Source: Bacteroidota bacterium (lineage in GTDB: Bacteria > Bacteroidota > Bacteroidia > NORP154). Taken from it: a stretch of DNA of 64,000 nucleotides. The stretch's first letter is position 1. The number at the start of each line of letters is the position of its first letter. The position numbers and the translations under genes are program-made. The stretch covers positions 79-64,078 of the forward strand of contig JACZWC010000018.1 of NCBI GenBank assembly GCA_022572355.1, in the 5' to 3' direction. The notes beneath the pieces are model-generated. The model did no database searches and was not told the origin of the DNA. It saw only the letters and a program-made list of their open reading frames with translations. Shown here in pieces: positions 1 through 7,961 of this stretch.

Positions 1-75
1 CTTCGGATGGCACCACCCCCTCCGCTTTAGCGAACTGCAAAACCTTTATATGAAAGAGTCATGCAAAATGGAGCG

Positions 76-83
76 CAAAAATA
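76..83 (-). promoter_or_regulatory. Bacteroidota-type -7 promoter box (minus strand TATTTTTG) firing leftwards toward the window edge
   Basis: Plus-strand CAAAAATA is the reverse complement of the TAnnTTTG consensus. On the minus strand it continues GCGCTCCATTT, the same extension seen at 6811-6828 and 29409-29423. Confidence 0.4.
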
Positions 84-184
84 ATACAAATTTTAGCCTA
101 TTCAAAAACTTAGCGGTGGGTTGATTATTAATAAAATAAATTGTGCCGAGGATTTGGAGATTGCTTCGTCGCTGCGCTCCTCGC

Positions 185-255
185 AATGACGGTTCGTGGA
201 AGGTTTGCCCGCAATGACGGTCTTATTCAGAATGACGGTAGAATTGAATGACGGT
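185..255. repeat. Four direct copies of AATGACGGT (starts at 185, 213, 231, 247), preceded by GCTTCGTCGCTGCGCTCCTCGC
   Basis: Exact 9-mer read four times with 28, 18 and 16 nt spacing. The array abuts the stop codon (257-259) of the minus-strand ORF 257..949. Confidence 0.8.
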
Positions 256-256
256 C

Positions 257-949
257 CTATTCGGGTTTAATATTATCCGCCTGAAAGGTAAAGCCTATTC
301 GTTTACCCGTTTTCAATTTGAGATAGTTGGTGGCCTCCTTCATGGCATCAACAGTTACCTCCTTTACCCGATCATAGGGCGGTGTGAGCAGGTCGAAATC
401 AAGTGTATCTAAAATAGCTTCTTCTATGATATTTTTCATGGCAGCTGTATCGATAACACGTTTACCAAAATCTTTCTGTTTGAGGTCAGTCGAGCGCTCC
501 CCTTCTACAAAAAAATGCTGTTCACGATTCACGAATATTCGAGCTATCAGATAACCCAAATCGTTGGTACGGTTGTATTTGAAGGAGTCAGTGAGGAAAT
601 TGTAGATGGATATCATGCTGTAGAAGTTCCGCGACTTATCCTTTTTAATATAGGGCGTCTTATTGAGTGGGTGGTCCTTTTCAAACCTGAATATGTTGGT
701 GTGTAAGTAAAATATAAGCACATCACCGGCAAATCTAAGTTCAGCTTCATATTCGCCGCGTTCTATGTATTCTATCTCAATTACACCTTTAGATTTCACA
801 ACCCCTTTCTCCAAGGTTTTTGCAACTTTCTTTAACTCTTCCTTAAAGGTCGCAAAGACAGTTTTCGACAAGGCAAAGACCTCCATCTTCAAGGCTGATT
901 TGCTGTTCAACGTGTCAATAATTGCCTGAGCTGCTTTTGTAGTACCCAT
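257..949 (-). CDS. Hypothetical protein (230 aa), no family recognised
   Basis: Long uninterrupted ORF with ordinary composition. No motif I can name. Confidence 0.6.
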   Translation of the reverse strand: MGTTKAAQAIIDTLNSKSALKMEVFALSKTVFATFKEELKKVAKTLEKGVVKSKGVIEIEYIERGEYEAELRFAGDVLIFYLHTNIFRFEKDHPLNKTPYIKKDKSRNFYSMISIYNFLTDSFKYNRTNDLGYLIARIFVNREQHFFVEGERSTDLKQKDFGKRVIDTAAMKNIIEEAILDTLDFDLLTPPYDRVKEVTVDAMKEATNYLKLKTGKRIGFTFQADNIKPE

Positions 950-987
950 TTGAACAGAGGGGTTTAAAGTTGTTTTGGTTAACGGTG

Positions 988-1017
988 TACGAAATACGAA
1001 AAGTACGAATTTACGAA
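988..1017. repeat. Four tandem, degenerate copies of TACGAA(A) in the intergenic region between proS and ORF 257..949
   Basis: TACGAA at 988, 995, 1004 and 1012, directly upstream of the minus-strand start at 949. Confidence 0.7.
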
Positions 1018-1087
1018 AGGTTGTTTTGAAGGAATTAGAAATTCAAAACAGGAATTCGCACTTTTTGTAATTCGTTAACCATAAAAG

Positions 1088-2563
1088 TTAATACGCCTTA
1101 GCAAAAACCACTTTCTGTTTGGATGGCTTGCCTGTTACCATGCACTTTCCCTCTTTTCCGTCGCCTTCCATTGGAATGCAGCGAATGGTAGCCTTCGTAT
1201 CTCCTTTGATCTTTAGCTCCGTTTCTGTAGTACCATCCCAATGGGCCATGAGGAATCCGCCCTTCTCTTTCAGCACCTTCTTAAACTCATCATAAGTTTC
1301 TATTTCATGGGTATTCTCCTCCCGTTTCTTCAATGCCCTTTTATACAGATTACTTTGAATATCATCTAATATGCCTGGTATTTTTTCAACACCCTCTTCC
1401 CATTCATATGTGTTTTTTTCCAAGGTGTCCCTTCTCGCCAGCTCAATTGTTCCAGCTTCCATATCCCGCGGACCAATTGCAATACGTATCGGTACTCCTT
1501 TAAATTCATATTCATTGAATTTCCAACCGGGCTTATGGGTATCCCTGTCGTCATACTTTACAGATATACCTTTCTCTCTTAATGAATCTGTTATTATCTG
1601 CACTCTTTCAGATATGGAGTCCAATTGTTCCTTTTCAGTATAAATAGGTATGATCACCACTTGTATTGGCGCAAGTTTTGGTGGCAGTACCAATCCATTG
1701 TCATCTGAATGAGCCATCACCAATGCTCCAATTAACCTGGTAGAAACACCCCAGGAGCTCGCCCATACAAATTTCTGTTTACCTGATTTGTCTGTAAATT
1801 TTACATCAAATGCCTTTGCAAAATTTTGTCCTAAAAAGTGCGAAGTGCCTGCCTGCAAGGATTTGCCATCCTGCATCAACGCTTCTATACAATAGGTATC
1901 AATTGCCCCGGCAAATCTTTCATTTTCAGATTTCAATCCCTTGAGAACGGGCATTGCCATCCACGTTTCTGCAAATTCCGTGTATACATCCAACATCTTC
2001 TTCGTCTCTTCGAGTGCTTCTGCTTCAGTTGCATGAGCCGTGTGCCCTTCCTGCCAGAGAAATTCCGTTGTTCTCAGGAACAAACGCGTGCGCATTTCCC
2101 ATCTGACTATATTGGCCCATTGATTGATGAGCAAGGGAAGATCTCTGTAGGAATTGATCCATTTTTTATAGCTGTGCCAGATGATGGTTTCGGAGGTTGG
2201 CCGTATAATTAATTCTTCTTCCAGCTTTGCCGTTGGATCTACTACAACTCCTTTTCCATCATCTGAGGTTTTAAGCCGATAGTGGGTCACCACCGCACAT
2301 TCCTTGGCGAAACCCTTAATGTGGGCTGCTTCTTTACTCAAAAAAGACTTGGGTATGAGCAATGGGAAATATGCATTTAAGTGGCCAGTGTCCTTAAACA
2401 TTTTGTCCAGTGCCGCCTGCATCTTTTCCCAAATGGAATACCCATATGGCTTTATGACCATACATCCTCGAACCGCAGAATTCTCGGCTAAATCCGCCTT
2501 AATCACAATATCGTTGTACCACTTAGGGAAATCTCCTTCTCTAGTTGCAAAATCTTTGGCCAT
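1088..2563 (-). CDS. proS: Prolyl-tRNA synthetase, archaeal/eukaryote-like class II type
   Basis: 491 aa. N-terminus FPKWYNDIV...[15 protein letters not shown], a class II core, an anticodon-binding region and the characteristic C-terminal ...VFAKAY ending in Tyr. Confidence 0.95.
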   Translation of the reverse strand: MAKDFATREGDFPKWYNDIVIKADLAENSAVRGCMVIKPYGYSIWEKMQAALDKMFKDTGHLNAYFPLLIPKSFLSKEAAHIKGFAKECAVVTHYRLKTSDDGKGVVVDPTAKLEEELIIRPTSETIIWHSYKKWINSYRDLPLLINQWANIVRWEMRTRLFLRTTEFLWQEGHTAHATEAEALEETKKMLDVYTEFAETWMAMPVLKGLKSENERFAGAIDTYCIEALMQDGKSLQAGTSHFLGQNFAKAFDVKFTDKSGKQKFVWASSWGVSTRLIGALVMAHSDDNGLVLPPKLAPIQVVIIPIYTEKEQLDSISERVQIITDSLREKGISVKYDDRDTHKPGWKFNEYEFKGVPIRIAIGPRDMEAGTIELARRDTLEKNTYEWEEGVEKIPGILDDIQSNLYKRALKKREENTHEIETYDEFKKVLKEKGGFLMAHWDGTTETELKIKGDTKATIRCIPMEGDGKEGKCMVTGKPSKQKVVFAKAY

Positions 2564-2654
2564 AAATGAGTTTGGTATAGTATTTGTAATTATGCTTAAA
2601 CAATGAAAACAGACAACAAAAAATCATTTATTTTCACCCCTACAAAAGGGGAAA

Positions 2655-2662
2655 CAAAATTA
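2655..2662 (-). promoter_or_regulatory. Possible -7 box (minus strand TAATTTTG) for proS
   Basis: Plus-strand CAAAATTA lies 92 nt upstream of the proS ATG. That distance is long, so this is weak. Confidence 0.3.
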
Positions 2663-2686
2663 ACAAATAATATAGGAGGACCTGCT

Positions 2687-4330
2687 ATGAACACACACGC
2701 AAAACTTTTCGGAATAGCGCTTTTATTTTTAAGCGCTTGCTCTTCGTCCTACAAAACCACCAACAGTGGAAGTAGCGATGATATCTATTTTTCGACTAAA
2801 GATGAAGCTTCTAATGAAGATGTAGCTTATACAACGGATGGGGCGGGAACTTCTTATGGTGATTACAAAACGGTTTATGATGAGCCAACTAAAGGTGCAC
2901 AGCATAGCGAGCCTGCTCAGGAGCCGGATTACGTAAAGACAGAATCGTATACAGACGAAGACGGTGATACCTACATTACCAATAATTATTACGGGGATAG
3001 TGGTTCGGATTACGTATACGATGATTACTATGACTACTCCTATGCTTCCAGGCTGCGAAGATTTTATCAACCCACTTACAGCTATGGATATTATGACACT
3101 TACTATACAAACTCTTATTGGTACTCATACAACCCATATGATTATGGAGTGAGTATCTATTTGGGCTATCCATGGTGGAATTACAACAATTACTCAGGAT
3201 GGGGTTATTACGGTAACTACTGGGGATATAATAATCACCATCATCATGGTTGGACCAACTATTATCATCATCACCATTCTTATGGAGGATACTACGGTCA
3301 ATATGGATATGGATACGGAAGTGGCTATGGGTATGGGTACGGATATGGAAATGGATACGGTTATGGAGATGGATACGGTTATGGTTACGGTGGCAACATG
3401 GGTTACAACCCTTACTATTATAATAGCTATGATGTAACCAACACTTACTATGGACCCAGGTATGCTACTGCATCCAACTCAAATGTAACACATAGTTCTT
3501 TGGCAGAATCTTATGTAAAACAGCATGGGCAAGGGAAAACATTAGAAAGTCACATGATAGAAACGCCCAAAGAAATTTCACCAGCACACGTTAATCAAGG
3601 GATTACAACAGCGCCTGTGGGCTCAGTTCATACAAAGGATAACAACACTGGTCATGTAAGTACAACTTCCAAACCGGTGCATAATGAAACTATGCCATTG
3701 GTAAATAGCAAGGGAGTTGCCGGTCTGGATCATAAAGCACCCGTGAAGAACAATCCTGTGAAGACCGAACCTGTCAAAAATACGTATGTGAAGAGCAATA
3801 CACATGGAAATGTAAAATCCGGTACCTATGGGGTAAAAGGAGTTAAAGGGAATGACAAAGGCTCGGTATCGCACAGTGGTTACAACTATAACAGTAACAA
3901 GCCCTTGAAAGTTGTCAGGCCAAAAGAGCATGTTCAACCTTCGTCTACCACTACCGGACATGGATATAACAGCAAGCCACAGGCAAAACCCACAAGAAAT
4001 AGTTCGCACAGCTACAACAAGCCCAATAATGGGTACAGTCAGCAAGGGAAAACATATAGCAATCGCAACGGTAGCTATACGAAACCGCGTAGTAATTCCA
4101 GTTCACATTCGAATTACAGCAAGCCTAAGAGCTCTGGAACCACCAGGCCAAGCTACAGCAAGCCTAAGAGCTCTTACTCCAGGCCCAAGCAAAGCACCAG
4201 CCAGCCAAGAAGCTCAACACCCAGAAGTTCAACACAGAGAAGTTCTTCGCCAAGCAGAAGCACTTCTTCTCCGAGCAGAAGCAGCTCAAAACCTAGATCT
4301 TCTGCACCACGAACGTCAAAACCAAGATAA
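2687..4330 (+). CDS. Lipoprotein with extreme low-complexity composition (acidic/Tyr-rich region, His runs, GYGYGY tract, Ser/Pro/Arg/Lys tail)
   Basis: The in-frame ATG at 2687 gives MNTHAKLFGIALLFLSAC, a signal peptide plus lipobox LSAC. The ORF track's 2603 start adds 28 non-signal residues. GY-dipeptide tract at about 3301-3395, HHHH twice at about 3232-3280, and SKPKSS/SPSRS repeats at 4090-4327. Confidence 0.75.
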   Translation: MNTHAKLFGIALLFLSACSSSYKTTNSGSSDDIYFSTKDEASNEDVAYTTDGAGTSYGDYKTVYDEPTKGAQHSEPAQEPDYVKTESYTDEDGDTYITNNYYGDSGSDYVYDDYYDYSYASRLRRFYQPTYSYGYYDTYYTNSYWYSYNPYDYGVSIYLGYPWWNYNNYSGWGYYGNYWGYNNHHHHGWTNYYHHHHSYGGYYGQYGYGYGSGYGYGYGYGNGYGYGDGYGYGYGGNMGYNPYYYNSYDVTNTYYGPRYATASNSNVTHSSLAESYVKQHGQGKTLESHMIETPKEISPAHVNQGITTAPVGSVHTKDNNTGHVSTTSKPVHNETMPLVNSKGVAGLDHKAPVKNNPVKTEPVKNTYVKSNTHGNVKSGTYGVKGVKGNDKGSVSHSGYNYNSNKPLKVVRPKEHVQPSSTTTGHGYNSKPQAKPTRNSSHSYNKPNNGYSQQGKTYSNRNGSYTKPRSNSSSHSNYSKPKSSGTTRPSYSKPKSSYSRPKQSTSQPRSSTPRSSTQRSSSPSRSTSSPSRSSSKPRSSAPRTSKPR

Positions 4331-4342
4331 AGAATCGCTATC

Positions 4343-5818
4343 ATGAGAGCCTTTTTTGTCCTGTTGATTGCCATTGTATGGTCGTTTAATGCTGCAGCAC
4401 AAGATGAAGTAGATGCCTTGAGAATGTCTCAGACCGGTGTTTATGGTACATCCCGATTTGTAGCGATGGGTGGGGCGTTCGGGGCATTGGGAGGTGATCT
4501 CTCAGTTGTGACCGGAAATCCGGCGGGATTAGGTGTTTACAGAAGGTCTGAATTCTCATTCACTACCGCAATGTTTCTCGAAACAACAAAAGCCACACAC
4601 TTCGGTACGAAAGATCGAGGAAACAAATTCAATGTTAACTTCGGAAATCTTGGCATTGTTTTGGCCAAGCTCCATGACAAAACTCATCAGACCGGATGGG
4701 TTGCAACTCAGTTGGCGTTCACTTATAATAAGGTCAACAACTTCAATAACAGAACTAATCTTATCGGGTTTAATCCAACCTCTTCTCTGTTGGATCATTA
4801 TTTGATGGATGCTCAAGGGACCTTTCAATCTGATCTGGAGTCGTACAATCCATTCGGAGCGGGATTGGCGTGGAATACCTTTTTGCTGAATCCTGTAGAT
4901 ACCATTGACTCCAATAGCTACACAGTACTTGTTTCCAATGGAGGCATTGAACAGAGCAAGGCCATAACGCGCAGAGGCGGGGTCAATGAAGTGGCTATTT
5001 CTGTGTCTGCCAACTACAGTAACCAGTTATATATTGGAGCGAGTTTAGGATTTCCCCTGGTTAAGTATACCGAAACCTCTGTTTATCGAGAAGAGGATGT
5101 TAATGATACAATAGCCTATTTAAATTATTTCACCCAAGAGGATGAATACACTACAACCGGGAATGGAATTAACTTTAAAATTGGGATTATTTACAGAGCG
5201 GCTAATTGGATCAGAATTGGGGCAGCTTTTCATACGCCGACATTTTATTCATTGTCTGACGAGTTTAAGACCAGCATGAACGCTGGTTTTGATTCCATTC
5301 CGGAATGGTCATCGTCTTCAGAGCGGGAATATGAAGCTAACTCACCCGATGGGTCGTTTGATTACAAGATCATTTCACCCATGCGTTTTATTGGAAATAT
5401 TGCCTTTGTGATCGGGAAAATAGGATTGTTAAGCGCTGATTATGAATGGATTGATTACTCGACAGCCAGCCTGGGTTCAACCAGCTTTTCTTATTCGAGC
5501 AGCAATAAAGAAATTGCAAATAAATATACGGGGAACGGAATACTCAAAATAGGTACAGAATGGCGTTTCCTTCCATTCGTGTTCAGAGGTGGGTATGCTC
5601 TATATGGAACACCTTATAAAACCTCAACCCAAAAAGGTGTCCGTACGAGTTACTCACTGGGATTTGGTATCAGAGAAGATGCCCTCTCTCTGGACATTGC
5701 ATATGTTTTCTCAGAAACCCGTGGAGAATACTATTTGTATAGCTCAGACTTGGTAGAAACTACAATAACCTCTTCGAACAGCCATCAACTAATGACCACC
5801 CTCGCTTTTAGATTTTAA
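4343..5818 (+). CDS. Outer-membrane beta-barrel protein, FadL/PorV-like family
   Basis: Signal peptide MRAFFVLLIAIVWSFNAAAQ, N-proximal motif RFVAMGGAFGALGGDLSVVTGNPAGLG, alternating beta-strand pattern, and C-terminal ...TLAFRF ending in Phe. Starts 13 nt after the stop of the preceding gene. Confidence 0.7.
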   Translation: MRAFFVLLIAIVWSFNAAAQDEVDALRMSQTGVYGTSRFVAMGGAFGALGGDLSVVTGNPAGLGVYRRSEFSFTTAMFLETTKATHFGTKDRGNKFNVNFGNLGIVLAKLHDKTHQTGWVATQLAFTYNKVNNFNNRTNLIGFNPTSSLLDHYLMDAQGTFQSDLESYNPFGAGLAWNTFLLNPVDTIDSNSYTVLVSNGGIEQSKAITRRGGVNEVAISVSANYSNQLYIGASLGFPLVKYTETSVYREEDVNDTIAYLNYFTQEDEYTTTGNGINFKIGIIYRAANWIRIGAAFHTPTFYSLSDEFKTSMNAGFDSIPEWSSSSEREYEANSPDGSFDYKIISPMRFIGNIAFVIGKIGLLSADYEWIDYSTASLGSTSFSYSSSNKEIANKYTGNGILKIGTEWRFLPFVFRGGYALYGTPYKTSTQKGVRTSYSLGFGIREDALSLDIAYVFSETRGEYYLYSSDLVETTITSSNSHQLMTTLAFRF

Positions 5819-5836
5819 TTATTCCAGAAGGGAGTT

Positions 5837-6772
5837 CTACAGCTGAACGGAAGCTATCTCCGGATCTACAAGGATTCTTCCGCAATGCTCACACACGATA
5901 ATCTTTTTGTGCAATCGGATATCGAGCTGACGCTGTGGTGGAATTCTGTTGAAGCAACCGCCACAGGAGTTTCTCTCTATGGATACAACAGCCAACCCGT
6001 TCTTGGCGTTCAACCGAACTCGTTTATACGCAATCAACAAACGATCTTCAATATATTTTTCAGCGTCTGTTGATTTTCTAGACAGTTTTTTCTCTTCTTT
6101 CTCCGTTTCAGCGACTATTTCATCCAACTCTTTCTTCTTGTGTTTTAAGTCACTCTTTCTCTCCTTTAGGTCCTTTTTCGCCGAATCAATGACTTCACTT
6201 TTAGATTCCATGCCAACTTTAAATTCACCAATCTTCTTTTCGGCTACCTGCATATTCAAGTTCTGAAATTCAATCTCCTTGGCCAGTGATCCAAATTCGC
6301 GATTGTTTCTCGCGTTTCCCTGCTGCTTTTCGTATTTCTTTATAATTGACTTGGACTCCTTTATCTCCAATTTTTTATTTGTAATTTTCTCCTCAACACC
6401 ATCCATTTCATCTTTAAAATTGGTTACCCTGGTAGCCAATCCCTCAATTTCGTCTTCCAGATCGCTTACCTCGAGAGGCAATTCTCCGCGAACCGTTCTA
6501 ATGCTGTCAATTTTGGAGTCAATTTCCTGAAGATCAAACAAGGCTTTCAACTTCTTCTCAACTGGTATATTACTCCTAACTAAAACCTTTCTCGCCTTAG
6601 AAGATGTGCTCTTGGCTGATTTTTTTCCGCCATTGGCAGAAGCTGTTGCTTTTTTAGCTGCTGGTTTTCTGCCCGAGGCGGATCCGCCTTTGACGGACTT
6701 TGCCGTTACTTTTCCGCTTTTGGCAGACTTTGCCACCACTTTTTTTGATACGGTTTTCTTTGCTGTTGCCAT
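5837..6772 (-). CDS. COG1579/DUF164-type coiled-coil zinc-ribbon protein with a Lys/Ala/Ser-rich (histone H1-like) N-terminal extension
   Basis: C-terminal CGGCFNRIPPQ...CEHCGRILV zinc ribbon after a long coiled coil. The first ~64 aa are KKxxAK-type basic low complexity. Confidence 0.8.
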   Translation of the reverse strand: MATAKKTVSKKVVAKSAKSGKVTAKSVKGGSASGRKPAAKKATASANGGKKSAKSTSSKARKVLVRSNIPVEKKLKALFDLQEIDSKIDSIRTVRGELPLEVSDLEDEIEGLATRVTNFKDEMDGVEEKITNKKLEIKESKSIIKKYEKQQGNARNNREFGSLAKEIEFQNLNMQVAEKKIGEFKVGMESKSEVIDSAKKDLKERKSDLKHKKKELDEIVAETEKEEKKLSRKSTDAEKYIEDRLLIAYKRVRLNAKNGLAVVSIERNSCGGCFNRIPPQRQLDIRLHKKIIVCEHCGRILVDPEIASVQL

Positions 6773-6773
6773 T

Positions 6774-7868
6774 CTATAAATACTTTACTGGATTGGTTAC
6801 TGTCTCTGATAAATGGAGCGCAAATTTAGGGAATTTTTTCATAACTAATTCAGCTATAAGTTCCTTTGTAAACTGTTCGCTTTCGTAATGGCCAATATCT
6901 GCAATAACGATCTTATTATCTGCATCAAAAAACTGGTGATATTTGAAATCTGATGTGAGGAAAATATCGGCTCCACCGTCAACAGCATCCTGAAGCAAAA
7001 AACTACCTGCACCACCACACACAGCTACCCTTGATATCTTTCTACCCAACAATTTAGTATAGCGAAGTCCCTTAGCTTTCATTACTCTTTTTATTTTTTT
7101 CAAAAACTCCATTTCACCGACACTTTTGCTCAATTCACCTATCATCCCTGAGCCTACAAACGGATTAATGTTGTCTAATGAAACAATATCATAAGCTACC
7201 TCCTCGTAAGGATGAGAATTGTGAAGTGCACTCAACACCTGACTCTCGAGGTAATCCGGGAAAATTGTCTCAACCTTCACCTCCTTTTCTGCGTGGCGAA
7301 CACCTTTTTTGCCTACATGCGGGGTGGCAGCATCAGAAGGTAAAAAAGTTCCGATCCCTTCACTAGAAAAACTCGCTTCCGAATATTCTCCGATATGTCC
7401 AGCTCCAGACTTGAAGAGCGCCTTCTTTACCTTTTCCACATAAGCAATAGGAATGAACGTATAGAGTTTCTTTAAGCCACCTCGCACAGGGCGCAGGATG
7501 TTTTTTCTCTTTATACCCAACTTATCACAGATCTTGGAATTAACTCCTGTGTATATGTTATCCAAATTTGTATGGATCGCGTAAATGGCTATGTCATTCC
7601 TGATAGCTAATTCAAGCGTTCTTTCTACATAATTATTTCCCGCTATACTCTTTAACGAGCCAAAGATCAGGGGGTGATGGGTAAGAATGACTCCCGTTCT
7701 CTTTCTTTTGGCTTCCCGAATTACATCCTCGGTACAATCCACGGTAATTAGCGCCGATTTTATGTTTTTACGGAGATTCCCAACTTGCAGCCTGGAATTG
7801 TCGTATGATTCCTGAAGGGATAATGGAGCTACTTGCTCCAAGTATTTGACAAGCTCTTTTAACTGCAT
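6774..7868 (-). CDS. Nif3-like dinuclear metal centre protein (YbgI/GTP cyclohydrolase 1 type 2 homologue), long form with inserted PII-like domain
   Basis: Motifs ILTHHPLIF, AIYAIHTNLD and C-terminal DIGHYESE. Length is 364 aa. Adjacency to the COG1579 gene is a widely conserved pairing. Confidence 0.9.
   Translation of the reverse strand: MQLKELVKYLEQVAPLSLQESYDNSRLQVGNLRKNIKSALITVDCTEDVIREAKRKRTGVILTHHPLIFGSLKSIAGNNYVERTLELAIRNDIAIYAIHTNLDNIYTGVNSKICDKLGIKRKNILRPVRGGLKKLYTFIPIAYVEKVKKALFKSGAGHIGEYSEASFSSEGIGTFLPSDAATPHVGKKGVRHAEKEVKVETIFPDYLESQVLSALHNSHPYEEVAYDIVSLDNINPFVGSGMIGELSKSVGEMEFLKKIKRVMKAKGLRYTKLLGRKISRVAVCGGAGSFLLQDAVDGGADIFLTSDFKYHQFFDADNKIVIADIGHYESEQFTKELIAELVMKKFPKFALHLSETVTNPVKYL
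6821..6828 (-). promoter_or_regulatory. -7 promoter box (minus strand TAAATTTG) for the zinc-ribbon gene, embedded in the 3' end of the nif3 CDS
   Basis: Plus-strand CAAATTTA lies 49 nt upstream of the ATG at 6772. The minus strand reads TAAATTTGCGCTCCATTT. Confidence 0.5.
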
Positions 7869-7909
7869 TTTGTTGGTCTATTATTTGCTAAAGTAATACA
7901 TCTTATGAT

Positions 7910-7917
7910 TAAATTTG
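7910..7917 (+). promoter_or_regulatory. -7 promoter box TAAATTTG for pepN
   Basis: Exact TAnnTTTG 45 nt upstream of the ATG at 7962. A TTG lies 22 nt further upstream (7885-7887). Confidence 0.55.
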
Positions 7918-7961
7918 GACTCCTGTAACGGATAACGCAAGGCCATTGCAACCTCGAATTA

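Noticed and set aside
2673-2678. AGGAGG upstream of the lipoprotein ATG as a Shine-Dalgarno site
   Set aside because: The spacing is suitable, but Bacteroidota generally do not rely on SD pairing and no other gene in the window shows one. I did not call it as a feature.
2729-4374. Multiple 60-144-aa ORFs on both strands inside the Tyr/Gly-rich gene
   Set aside because: They are low-complexity frame shadows of the repetitive coding strand. Only the frame with the signal peptide and lipobox is coherent from start to stop.
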